Positions 51,201 to 64,000 of a DNA stretch of 64,000 bases are shown here, piece by piece. The position numbers and the translations under genes were made by a program. How positions within the stretch are numbered: position 1 is the stretch's first letter; every line of letters begins with the position of its first letter. Source of the stretch: Yuukianura sp. NJ FZ-2021 (lineage: Eukaryota); NCBI GenBank assembly GCA_046563655.1, contig CM102287.1, positions 310,001 to 374,000 on the forward strand. Reading direction: 5' to 3'. Under the pieces are notes generated by a model. That model was not told the origin of the DNA, ran no database searches, and worked only from the letters and a program-made list of their open reading frames with translations.

Positions 51201-52633
51201 TTTATGAGGATTTCAAAAATGTAGTTGACTGTTACCTAGCATCGTTCCGGAATGCATTTCTTTTGAATTCTCTGTTTTGAAACATGAATTTTCATAAATA
51301 AAAGTAACAAGATGAGGGACGACACAGCAAGTGAAAGTGGGCTCCTGTAGCACTTTTTATGAGGATTTCAAAAATGTAATTTACTTTTACCTGGCATCGT
51401 TTCGGAATGCATTTCTTTTGAATTTTTGTTGTGAAACATGAATTTTCATAAATAAAGGTAACAAGATGAGGGACGACACAGCAAGTGAAAGTGGGCTTCT
51501 GTAGCTCTTTTTATGAGGATTTCAAAAATGTAGTTGACTTTTACCTAGCATCGTTTCGGATTGCATTTCTTTTGAATTCTTTGTTTTGAAACATGAATTT
51601 TCATAAATAAAAGTAACAAGATTAGGGACGACACAGCAAGTGAAAGTGGGCTCCTGTAGCACTTTTTATGTGGATTTCAAAGCTGTAGTTGATTTTTACC
51701 TAGCATCGTTTCGGAATGCATTTCTTTTGAATTCTTTGTTTTGAAACATGAATTTTCATAAATAAAAGTAACAAGATTAGGGACGACACAGCAAGTGAAA
51801 GTGGGCTCCTGTAGCACTTTTTATGTGGATTTCAAAGCTGTAGTTGATTTTTACCCAGCATCGTTCCGGAATGCATTTCTTTTGAATTCTTTGTTTTGAA
51901 ACAAGAATTTTCCTAAATAAAAGTAACAAGATTAGGGACGACACAGCAAGTGAAAGTGGGCTCCTGTAGCACTTATTATGAGGATTTCAAAAATGAAATT
52001 TACTTTCTGTTTATTCTCACATTAGCATGTTCATTCTCACAAATTTAAGTCGTTTTCGACAAAATGGTGCTCGGCATTGCCCTGGGTACCGTTTACCAAC
52101 CCAAGATAAACTCCGAGGCAGAGCGGTTCATCCAGACTTTTAAGTACGCTCTAACCAGATTTAATGGCGATCTATCCACGCCAATTATCCTTGGGTTCCT
52201 GTAGTACTTTTCAGGAGGATTTCAGAAAAGTAACTCATTTTCACCCGGCATCGCTCCGCGTGGAGGTTTTTCGAAATATTTGTTTGGAAACAAATTTTCA
52301 TAAAGAAAAGTAACGAGATGAGGGACGACACAGCAAGTGAAAGTGGGTTCCTGTAGCCCTTTTTATGAGGATTTCAAAAATGTAGTTGACTGTTACCTAG
52401 CATCGTTCCGGAATTCATTTCTTTTGAATTCTCTGTTTTGAAACATGAATTTTCATAAATAAAAGTAACAAGATGAGGGACGACACAGCAAGTGAAAGTG
52501 GGCTCCTGTAGCACTTTTTATGAGGATTTCAAAAATGTAATTTACTTTTACCTGGCATCGTTTCGGAATGCATTTCTTTTGAATTCTTTGTTTTGAAACA
52601 TGAATTTTCCTAAATAAAAGTAACAAGATTAGG

Positions 52634-54724
52634 GACGACACAGCAAGTGAAAATGGGCTCCTGTAGCACATATTATGAGGATTTCAAAAATGAAATTTAC
52701 TTTCTGTTCATTCTCACATTAGCATGTTTATTCTCAGAAATTTAAGTCGTTTTCGACAAAATGGTGCTCGGCATTGCCCTGGGTACCGTTTACCAACCCA
52801 AGATAAACTCCGAGGCAGAGCGGTTCATCCAGACTCTTAAGTACGCTCTAACCAGATTTAATGGTGATCTATCCACGCCAATTATCCTTGGGTTCCTGTA
52901 GTACTTTTCAGGAGGATTTCAGAAAAGTAACTCGTTTTCACCCGGCATCGCTCCGCGTGGAGGTTTTTCGAAATATTTGTTTGGAAACAAATTTTCATAA
53001 AGAAAAGTAACGAGATGAGGGACGACACAGCAAGTGAAAGTGGGTTCCTGTAGCCCTTTTTATGAGGATTTCAAAAATGTAGTTGACTGTTACCTAGCAT
53101 CGTTCCGGAATGCATTTCTTTTGAATTCTCTGTTTTGAAACATGAATTTTCATAAATAAAAGTAACAAGATGAGGGACGACACAGCAAGTGAAAGTGGGT
53201 TCCTGTAGCCCTTTTTATGAGGATTTCAAAAATGTAGTTGACTGTTACCTAGCATCGTTCCGGAATTCATTTCTTTTGAATTCTCTGTTTTGAAACATGA
53301 ATTTTCATAAATAAAAGTAACAAGATGAGGGACGACACAGCAAGTGAAAGTGGGCTCCTGTAGCACTTTTTATGAGGATTTCAAAAATGTAATTTACTTT
53401 TACCTGGCATCGTTTCGGAATGCATTTCTTTTGAATTCTTTGTTTTGAAACATGAATTTTCCTAAATAAAAGTAACAAGATTAGGGACGACACAGCAAGT
53501 GAAAATGGGCTCCTGTAGCACATATTATGAGGATTTCAAAAATGAAATTTACTTTCTGTTCATTCTCACATTAGCATGTTTATTCTCAGAAATTTAAGTC
53601 GTTTTCGACAAAATGGTGCTCGGCATTGCCCTGGGTACCGTTTACCAACCCAAGATAAACTCCGAGGCAGAGCGGTTCATCCAGACTCTTAAGTACGCTC
53701 TAACCAGATTTAATGGTGATCTATCCACGCCAATTATCCTTGGGTTCCTGTAGTACTTTTCAGGAGGATTTCAGAAAAGTAACTCGTTTTCACCCGGCAT
53801 CGCTCCGCGTGGAGGTTTTTCGAAATATTTGTTTGGAAACAAATTTTCATAAAGAAAAGTAACGAGATGAGGGACGACACAGCAAGTGAAAGTGGGTTCC
53901 TGTAGCCCTTTTTATGAGGATTTCAAAAATGTAGTTGACTGTTACCTAGCATCGTTCCGGAATGCATTTCTTTTGAATTCTCTGTTTTGAAACATGAATT
54001 TTCATAAATAAAAGTAACAAGATGAGGGACGACACAGCAAGTGAAAGTGGGTTCCTGTAGCCCTTTTTATGAGGATTTCAAAAATGTAGTTGACTGTTAC
54101 CTAGCATCGTTCCGGAATTCATTTCTTTTGAATTCTCTGTTTTGAAACATGAATTTTCATAAATAAAAGTAACAAGATGAGGGACGACACAGCAAGTGAA
54201 AGTGGGCTCCTGTAGCACTTTTTATGAGGATTTCAAAAATGTAATTTACTTTTACCTGGCATCGTTTCGGAATGCATTTCTTTTGAATTCTTTGTTTTGA
54301 AACATGAATTTTCCTAAATAAAAGTAACAAGATTAGGGACGACACAGCAAGTGAAAATGGGCTCCTGTAGCACATATTATGAGGATTTCAAAAATGAAAT
54401 TTACTTTCTGTTCATTCTCACATTAGCATGTTTATTCTCAGAAATTTAAGTCGTTTTCGACAAAATGGTGCTCGGCATTGCCCTGGGTACCGTTTACCAA
54501 CCCAAGATAAACTCCGAGGCAGAGCGGTTCATCCAGACTCTTAAGTACGCTCTAACCAGATTTAATGGTGATCTATCCACGCCAATTATCCTTGGGTTCC
54601 TGTAGTACTTTTCAGGAGGATTTCAGAAAAGTAACTCGTTTTCACCCGGCATCGCTCCGCGTGGAGGTTTTTCGAAATATTTGTTTGGAAACAAATTTTC
54701 ATAAAGAAAAGTAACGAGATGAGG
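52634..54724 (+). repeat. Local 852 bp HOR (LB + 3 monomers) with three consecutive LB units
   Basis: LB anchors at 52634, 53486 and 54338; ORF-track hits at 52453, 53305 and 54157. Confidence 0.92.
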
Positions 54725-57700
54725 GACGACACAGCAAGTGAAAGTGGGTTCCTGTAGCCCTTTTTATGAGGATTTCAAAAATGTAGTTGACTGTTACCTA
54801 GCATCGTTCCGGAATGCATTTCTTTTGAATTCTCTGTTTTGAAACATGAATTTTCATAAATAAAAGTAACAAGATGAGGGACGACACAGCAAGTGAAAGT
54901 GGGCTCCTGTAGCACTTTTTATGAGGATTTCAAAAATGTAATTTACTTTTACCTGGCATCGTTTCGGAATGCATTTCTTTTGAATTTTTGTTGTGAAACA
55001 TGAATTTTCATAAATAAAGGTAACAAGATGAGGGACGACACAGCAAGTGAAAGTGGGCTCCTGTAGCACTTTTTATGTGGATTTCAAAGCTGTAGTTGAT
55101 TTTTACCCAGCATCGTTCCGGAACGCATTTCTTTTGAATTCTTTGTTTTGAAACAAGAATTTTCCTAAATAAAAGTAACAAGATTAGGGACGACACAGCA
55201 AGTGAAAGTGGGCTCCTGTAGCACTTATTATGAGGATTTCAAAAATGAAATTTACTTTCTGTTTATTCTCACATTAGCATGTTCATTCTCACAAATTTAA
55301 GTCGTTTTCGACAAAATGGTGCTCGGCATTGCACTGGGTACCGTTTACCAACCCAAGATAAACTCCGAGGCAGAGCGGTTCATCCAGACTTTTAAGTACG
55401 CTCTAACCAGATTTAATGGCGATCTATCCACGCCAATTATCCTTGGGTTCCTGTAGTACTTTTCAGGAGGATTTCAGAAAAGTAACTCATTTTCACCCGG
55501 CATCGCTCCGCGTGGAGGTTTTTCGAAATATTTGTTTGGAAACAAATTTTCATAAAGAAAAGTAACGAGATTAGGGACGACACAGCAAGTGAAAGTGGGT
55601 TCCTGTAGCCCTTTTTATGAGGATTTCAAAAATGTAGTTGACTGTTACCTAGCATCGTTCCGGAATGCATTTCTTTTGAATTCTCTGTTTTGAAACATGA
55701 ATTTTCATAAATAAAAGTAACAAGATGAGGGACGACACAGCAAGTGAAAGTGGGCTCCTGTAGCACTTTTTATGAGGATTTCAAAAATGTAATTTACTTT
55801 TACCTGGCATCGTTTCGGAATGCATTTCTTTTGAATTTTTGTTGTGAAACATGAATTTTCATAAATAAAGGTAACAAGATGAGGGACGACACAGCAAGTG
55901 AAAGTGGGCTTCTGTAGCTCTTTTTATGAGGATTTCAAAAATGTAGTTGACTTTTACCTAGCATCGTTTCGGATTGCATTTCTTTTGAATTCTTTGTTTT
56001 GAAACATGAATTTTCATAAATAAAAGTAACAAGATTAGGGACGACACAGCAAGTGAAAGTGGGCTCCTGTAGCACTTTTTATGTGGATTTCAAAGCTGTA
56101 GTTGATTTTTACCTAGCATCGTTTCGGAATGCATTTCTTTTGAATTCTTTGTTTTGAAACATGAATTTTCATAAATAAAAGTAACAAGATTAGGGACGAC
56201 ACAGCAAGTGAAAGTGGGCTCCTGTAGCACTTTTTATGTGGATTTCAAAGCTGTAGTTGATTTTTACCCAGCATCGTTCCGGAATGCATTTCTTTTGAAT
56301 TCTTTGTTTTGAAACAAGAATTTTCCTAAATAAAAGTAACAAGATTAGGGACGACACAGCAAGTGAAAATGGGCTCCTGTAGCACATATTATGAGGATTT
56401 CAAAAATGTAATTTACTTTCTGTTCATTCTCACATTAGCATGTTCATTCTCAGAAATTTAAGTCGTTTTCAACAAAATGGTGCTCGGCATTGCCCTGGGT
56501 ACCGTTTACCAACCCAAGATAAACTCCGAGGCAGAGCGGTTCATCCAGACTCTTAAGTACGCTCTAACCAGATTTAATGGCGATCTATCCACGCCAATTA
56601 TCCTTGGGTTCCTGTAGTACTTTTCAGGAGGATTTCAGAAAAGTAACTCATTTTCACCCGGCATCGCTCCGCGTGGAGGTTTTTCGAAATATTTGTTTGG
56701 AAACAAATTTTCATAAAGAAAAGTAACGAGATGAGGGACGACACAGCAAGTGAAAGTGGGTTCCTGTAGCCCTTTTTATGAGGATTTCAAAAATGTAGTT
56801 GACTGTTACCTAGCATCGTTCCGGAATTCATTTCTTTTGAATTCTCTGTTTTGAAACATGAATTTTCATAAATAAAAGTAACAAGATGAGGGACGACACA
56901 GCAAGTGAAAGTGGGCTCCTGTAGCACTTTTTATGAGGATTTCAAAAATGTAATTTACTTTTACCTGGCATCGTTTCGGAATGCATTTCTTTTGAATTCT
57001 TTGTTTTGAAACATGAATTTTCCTAAATAAAAGTAACAAGATTAGGGACGACACAGCAAGTGAAAATGGGCTCCTGTAGCACATATTATGAGGATTTCAA
57101 AAATGAAATTTACTTTCTGTTCATTCTCACATTAGCATGTTTATTCTCAGAAATTTAAGTCGTTTTCGACAAAATGGTGCTCGGCATTGCCCTGGGTACC
57201 GTTTACCAACCCAAGATAAACTCCGAGGCAGAGCGGTTCATCCAGACTCTTAAGTACGCTTTAACCAGATTTAATGGTGATCTATCCACGCCAATTATCC
57301 TTGGGTTCCTGTAGTACTTTTCAGGAGGATTTCAGAAAAGTAACTCGTTTTCACCCGGCATCGCTCCGCGTGGAGGTTTTTCGAAATATTTGTTTGGAAA
57401 CAAATTTTCATAAAGAAAAGTAACGAGATGAGGGACGACACAGCAAGTGAAAGTGGGTTCCTGTAGCCCTTTTTATGAGGATTTCAAAAATGTAGTTGAC
57501 TGTTACCTAGCATCGTTCCGGAATGCATTTCTTTTGAATTCTCTGTTTTGAAACATGAATTTTCATAAATAAAAGTAACAAGATGAGGGACGACACAGCA
57601 AGTGAAAGTGGGCTCCTGTAGCACTTTTTATGAGGATTTCAAAAATGTAATTTACTTTTACCTGGCATCGTTTCGGAATGCATTTCTTTTGAATTTTTGT

Positions 57701-60700
57701 TGTGAAACATGAATTTTCATAAATAAAGGTAACAAGATGAGGGACGACACAGCAAGTGAAAGTGGGCTTCTGTAGCTCTTTTTATGAGGATTTCAAAAAT
57801 GTAGTTGACTTTTACCTAGCATCGTTTCGGATTGCATTTCTTTTGAATTCTTTGTTTTGAAACATGAATTTTCATAAATAAAAGTAACAAGATTAGAGAC
57901 GACACAGCAAGTGAAAGTGGGCTCCTGTAGCACTTTTTATGTGGATTTCAAAGCTGTAGTTGATTTTTACCCAGCATCGTTCCGGAACGCATTTCTTTTG
58001 AATTCTTTGTTTTGAAACAAGAATTTTCCTAAATAAAAGTAACAAGATTAGGGACGACACAGCAAGTGAAAGTGGGCTCCTGTAGCACTTATTATGAGGA
58101 TTTCAAAAATGAAATTTACTTTCTGTTTATTCTCACATTAGCATGTTCATTCTCACAAATTTAAGTCGTTTTCGACAAAATGGTGCTCGGCATTGCACTG
58201 GGTACCGTTTACCAACCCAAGATAAACTCCGAGGCAGAGCGGTTCATCCAGACTTTTAAGTACGCTCTAACCAGATTTAATGGCGATCTATCCACGCCAA
58301 TTATCCTTGGGTTCCTGTAGTACTTTTCAGGAGGATTTCAGAAAAGTAACTCATTTTCACCCGGCATCGCTCCGCGTGGAGGTTTTTCGAAATATTTGTT
58401 TGGAAACAAATTTTCATAAAGAAAAGTAACGAGATTAGGGACGACACAGCAAGTGAAAGTGGGTTCCTGTAGCCCTTTTTATGAGGATTTCAAAAATGTA
58501 GTTGACTGTTACCTAGCATCGTTCCGGAATGCATTTCTTTTGAATTCTCTGTTTTGAAACATGAATTTTCATAAATAAAAGTAACAAGATGAGGGACGAC
58601 ACAGCAAGTGAAAGTGGGCTCCTGTAGCACTTTTTATGAGGATTTCAAAAATGTAATTTACTTTTACCTGGCATCGTTTCGGAATGCATTTCTTTTGAAT
58701 TTTTGTTGTGAAACATGAATTTTCATAAATAAAGGTAACAAGATGAGGGACGACACAGCAAGTGAAAGTGGGCTTCTGTAGCTCTTTTTATGAGGATTTC
58801 AAAAATGTAGTTGACTTTTACCTAGCATCGTTTCGGATTGCATTTCTTTTGAATTCTTTGTTTTGAAACATGAATTTTCATAAATAAAAGTAACAAGATT
58901 AGGGACGACACAGCAAGTGAAAGTGGGCTCCTGTAGCACTTTTTATGTGGATTTCAAAGCTGTAGTTGATTTTTACCTAGCATCGTTTCGGAATGCATTT
59001 CTTTTGAATTCTTTGTTTTGAAACATGAATTTTCATAAATAAAAGTAACAAGATTAGGGACGACACAGCAAGTGAAAGTGGGCTCCTGTAGCACTTTTTA
59101 TGTGGATTTCAAAGCTGTAGTTGATTTTTACCCAGCATCGTTCCGGAATGCATTTCTTTTGAATTCTTTATTTTGAAACAAGAATTTTCCTAAATAAAAG
59201 TAACAAGATTAGGGACGACACAGCAAGTGAAAATGGGCTCCTGTAGCACATATTATGAGGATTTCAAAAATGTAATTTACTTTCTGTTCATTCTCACATT
59301 AGCATGTTCATTCTCAGAAATTTAAGTCGTTTTCAACAAAATGGTGCTCGGCATTGCCCTGGGTACCGTTTACCAACCCAAGATAAACTCCGAGGCAGAG
59401 CGGTTCATCCAGACTCTTAAGTACGCTCTAACCAGATTTAATGGCGATCTATCCACGCCAATTATCCTTGGGTTCCTGTAGTACTTTTCAGGAGGATTTC
59501 AGAAAAGTAACTCATTTTCACCCGGCATCGCTCCGCGTGGAGGTTTTTCGAAATATTTGTTTGGAAACAAATTTTCATAAAGAAAAGTAACGAGATGAGG
59601 GACGACACAGCAAGTGAAAGTGGGTTCCTGTAGCCCTTTTTATGAGGATTTCAAAAATGTAGTTGACTGTTACCTAGCATCGTTCCGGAATTCATTTCTT
59701 TTGAATTCTCTGTTTTGAAACATGAATTTTCATAAATAAAAGTAACAAGATGAGGGACGACACAGCAAGTGAAAGTGGGCTCCTGTAGCACTTTTTATGA
59801 GGATTTCAAAAATGTAATTTACTTTTACCTGGCATCGTTTCGGAATGCATTTCTTTTGAATTCTTTGTTTTGAAACATGAATTTTCCTAAATAAAAGTAA
59901 CAAGATTAGGGACGACACAGCAAGTGAAAATGGGCTCCTGTAGCACATATTATGAGGATTTCAAAAATGAAATTTACTTTCTGTTCATTCTCACATTAGC
60001 ATGTTTATTCTCAGAAATTTAAGTCGTTTTCGACAAAATGGTGCTCGGCATTGCCCTGGGTACCGTTTACCAACCCAAGATAAACTCCGAGGCAGAGCGG
60101 TTCATCCAGACTCTTAAGTACGCTCTAACCAGATTTAATGGTGATCTATCCACGCCAATTATCCTTGGGTTCCTGTAGTACTTTTCAGGAGGATTTCAGA
60201 AAAGTAACTCGTTTTCACCCGGCATCGCTCCGCGTGGAGGTTTTTCGAAATATTTGTTTGGAAACAAATTTTCATAAAGAAAAGTAACGAGATGAGGGAC
60301 GACACAGCAAGTGAAAGTGGGTTCCTGTAGCCCTTTTTATGAGGATTTCAAAAATGTAGTTGACTGTTACCTAGCATCGTTCCGGAATGCATTTCTTTTG
60401 AATTCTCTGTTTTGAAACATGAATTTTCATAAATAAAAGTAACAAGATGAGGGACGACACAGCAAGTGAAAGTGGGCTCCTGTAGCACTTTTTATGAGGA
60501 TTTCAAAAATGTAATTTACTTTTACCTGGCATCGTTTCGGAATGCATTTCTTTTGAATTTTTGTTGTGAAACATGAATTTTCATAAATAAAGGTAACAAG
60601 ATGAGGGACGACACAGCAAGTGAAAGTGGGCTTCTGTAGCTCTTTTTATGAGGATTTCAAAAATGTAGTTGACTTTTACCTAGCATCGTTTCGGATTGCA

Positions 60701-63700
60701 TTTCTTTTGAATTCTTTGTTTTGAAACATGAATTTTCATAAATAAAAGTAACAAGATTAGAGACGACACAGCAAGTGAAAGTGGGTTCCTGTAGCCCTTT
60801 TTATGAGGATTTCAAAAATGTAGTTGACTGTTACCTAGCATCGTTCCGGAATTCATTTCTTTTGAATTCTCTGTTTTGAAACATGAATTTTCATAAATAA
60901 AAGTAACAAGATGAGGGACGACACAGCAAGTGAAAGTGGGCTCCTGTAGCACTTTTTATGAGGATTTCAAAAATGTAATTTACTTTTACCTGGCATCGTT
61001 TCGGAATGCATTTCTTTTGAATTCTTTGTTTTGAAACATGAATTTTCCTAAATAAAAGTAACAAGATTAGGGACGACACAGCAAGTGAAAATGGGCTCCT
61101 GTAGCACATATTATGAGGATTTCAAAAATGAAATTTACTTTCTGTTCATTCTCACATTAGCATGTTTATTCTCAGAAATTTAAGTCGTTTTCGACAAAAT
61201 GGTGCTCGGCATTGCCCTGGGTACCGTTTACCAACCCAAGATAAACTCCGAGGCAGAGCGGTTCATCCAGACTCTTAAGTACGCTCTAACCAGATTTAAT
61301 GGTGATCTATCCACGCCAATTATCCTTGGGTTCCTGTAGTACTTTTCAGGAGGATTTCAGAAAAGTAACTCGTTTTCACCCGGCATCGCTCCGCGTGGAG
61401 GTTTTTCGAAATATTTGTTTGGAAACAAATTTTCATAAAGAAAAGTAACGAGATGAGGGACGACACAGCAAGTGAAAGTGGGTTCCTGTAGCCCTTTTTA
61501 TGAGGATTTCAAAAATGTAGTTGACTGTTACCTAGCATCGTTCCGGAATGCATTTCTTTTGAATTCTCTGTTTTGAAACATGAATTTTCATAAATAAAAG
61601 TAACAAGATGAGGGACGACACAGCAAGTGAAAGTGGGCTCCTGTAGCACTTTTTATGAGGATTTCAAAAATGTAATTTACTTTTACCTGGCATCGTTTCG
61701 GAATGCATTTCTTTTGAATTTTTGTTGTGAAACATGAATTTTCATAAATAAAGGTAACAAGATGAGGGACGACACAGCAAGTGAAAGTGGGCTTCTGTAG
61801 CTCTTTTTATGAGGATTTCAAAAATGTAGTTGACTTTTACCTAGCATCGTTTCGGATTGCATTTCTTTTGAATTCTTTGTTTTGAAACATGAATTTTCAT
61901 AAATAAAAGTAACAAGATTAGAGACGACACAGCAAGTGAAAGTGGGCTCCTGTAGCACTTTTTATGTGGATTTCAAAGCTGTAGTTGATTTTTACCCAGC
62001 ATCGTTCCGGAACGCATTTCTTTTGAATTCTTTGTTTTGAAACAAGAATTTTCCTAAATAAAAGTAACAAGATTAGGGACGACACAGCAAGTGAAAGTGG
62101 GCTCCTGTAGCACTTATTATGAGGATTTCAAAAATGAAATTTACTTTCTGTTTATTCTCACATTAGCATGTTCATTCTCACAAATTTAAGTCGTTTTCGA
62201 CAAAATGGTGCTCGGCATTGCACTGGGTACCGTTTACCAACCCAAGATAAACTCCGAGGCAGAGCGGTTCATCCAGACTTTTAAGTACGCTCTAACCAGA
62301 TTTAATGGCGATCTATCCACGCCAATTATCCTTGGGTTCCTGTAGTACTTTTCAGGAGGATTTCAGAAAAGTAACTCATTTTCACCCGGCATCGCTCCGC
62401 GTGGAGGTTTTTCGAAATATTTGTTTGGAAACAAATTTTCATAAAGAAAAGTAACGAGATTAGGGACGACACAGCAAGTGAAAGTGGGTTCCTGTAGCCC
62501 TTTTTATGAGGATTTCAAAAATGTAGTTGACTGTTACCTAGCATCGTTCCGGAATGCATTTCTTTTGAATTCTCTGTTTTGAAACATGAATTTTCATAAA
62601 TAAAAGTAACAAGATGAGGGACGACACAGCAAGTGAAAGTGGGCTCCTGTAGCACTTTTTATGAGGATTTCAAAAATGTAATTTACTTTTACCTGGCATC
62701 GTTTCGGAATGCATTTCTTTTGAATTTTTGTTGTGAAACATGAATTTTCATAAATAAAGGTAACAAGATGAGGGACGACACAGCAAGTGAAAGTGGGCTT
62801 CTGTAGCTCTTTTTATGAGGATTTCAAAAATGTAGTTGACTTTTACCTAGCATCGTTTCGGATTGCATTTCTTTTGAATTCTTTGTTTTGAAACATGAAT
62901 TTTCATAAATAAAAGTAACAAGATTAGGGACGACACAGCAAGTGAAAGTGGGCTCTTGTAGCACTTTTTATGTGGATTTCAATGCTGTAGTTGATTTTTA
63001 CCCAGCATCGTTCCGGAACGCATTTCTTTTGAATTCTTTGTTTTGAAACAAGAATTTTCCTAAATAAAAGTAACAAGATTAGGGACGACACAGCAAGTGA
63101 AAGTGGGCTCCTGTAGCACTTATTATGAGGATTTCAAAAATGAAATTTACTTTCTGTTTATTCTCACATTAGCATGTTCATTCTCACAAATTTAAGTCGT
63201 TTTCGACAAAATGGTGCTCGGCATTGCCCTGGGTACCGTTTACCAACCCAAGATAAACTCCGAGGCAGAGCGGTTCATCCAGACTTTTAAGTACGCTCTA
63301 ACCAGATTTAATGGCGATCTATCCACGCCAATTATCCTTGGGTTCCTGTAGTACTTTTCAGGAGGATTTCAGAAAAGTAACTCATTTTCACCCGGCATCG
63401 CTCCGCGTGGAGGTTTTTCGAAATATTTGTTTGGAAACAAATTTTCATAAAGAAAAGTAACGAGATGAGGGACGACACAGCAAGTGAAAGTGGGTTCCTG
63501 TAGCCCTTTTTATGAGGATTTCAAAAATGTAGTTGACTGTTACCTAGCATCGTTCCGGAATTCATTTCTTTTGAATTCTTTGTTTTGAAACATGAATTTT
63601 CATAAATAAAAGTAACAAGATGAGGGACGACACAGCAAGTGAAAGTGGGCTCCTGTAGCACTTTTTATGAGGATTTCAAAAATGTAATTTACTTTTACCT

Positions 63701-64000
63701 GGCATCGTTTCGGAATGCATTTCTTTTGAATTTTTGTTGTGAAACGTGAATTTTCATAAATAAAGGTAACAAGATGAGGGACGACACAGCAAGTGAAAGT
63801 GGGCTTCTGTAGCTCTTTTTATGAGGATTTCAAAAATGTAGTTGACTTTTACCTAGCATCGTTTCGGAATGCATTTCTTTTGAATTCTTTGTTTTGAAAC
63901 ATGAATTTTCATAAATAAAAGTAACAAGATGTGGGACGACACAGCAAGTGAAAGTGGGCTTCTGTAGCTCTTTTTATGAGGATTTCAAAAATGTAGTTGA

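Larger units (their letters stand above)
1..64000. repeat. Tandem satellite DNA array (154-155 bp monomer plus 387 bp long unit) with variable higher-order repeat structure; extends beyond both window ends
   Basis: The anchor motif GACGACACAGCAAGTGAAA recurs at 157, 311, 466, 621, 1008 and so on (spacings 154, 155, 155, 387) in the same orientation to the end of the window. No unique sequence is present. Near-identical ORFs in the track recur at offsets of 697, 850, 852, 1161, 1703 and 2864 bp. Confidence 0.99.

Noticed and set aside
2297..61109. Recurrent 62-72 aa minus-strand ORFs (…FEILIKSATGAHFHLLCRPSSCY…)
   Set aside because: They are chance open frames across ~1.3 satellite monomers. 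They appear or vanish with single SNPs or indels, the monomer length is not a multiple of three, and no domain is recognisable.
1..64000. CRISPR-like array (conserved ~24-35 bp motif at regular spacing)
   Set aside because: The intervening sequences are near-identical rather than unique, the period is 155/387 bp, and there are no cas genes or leader.
1..64000. Assignment to a named centromeric satellite (e.g. rice CentO or maize CentC, which have similar monomer lengths) or to a species
   Set aside because: Only the monomer length is similar and I do not recognise the sequence as either family. Identity and centromeric role need a database search and CENH3/CENP-A data.

Overview
The whole 64 kb window is one uninterrupted, head-to-tail, AT-rich eukaryotic-type satellite DNA array with no inversions and no conventional genes. 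It is built from a 154-155 bp monomer (about 240 copies, estimated from spacing; five or six recognisable variants in a fixed order) and a 387 bp long unit 'L' (about 69 copies by eye). L consists of ~70 bp of monomer head, ~185 bp of non-monomer sequence and a diverged monomer tail. These units form variable higher-order repeats (697, 850-852, 1006, 1161, 1703 and 2864 bp), plus a block duplicated at a 5418 bp offset. The main surprise is that the non-monomer segment of L translates, across two frameshifts, to FKSF/RQNGARHCT/GTVYQPKINSEAERFIQTFKYAL. This closely resembles the catalytic-glutamate region of a Ty3/Gypsy-type LTR-retrotransposon integrase, so an integrase fragment appears to have been captured and amplified as part of the repeat, and the satellite monomer may itself derive from the adjacent integrase sequence. 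A ~2.8 kb zone at 18.65-21.5 kb has base-level mosaic sequence that looks like an assembly consensus artefact. The ORFs in the supplied track are by-products of the repeat. The organism and any centromeric function cannot be determined from the sequence alone.
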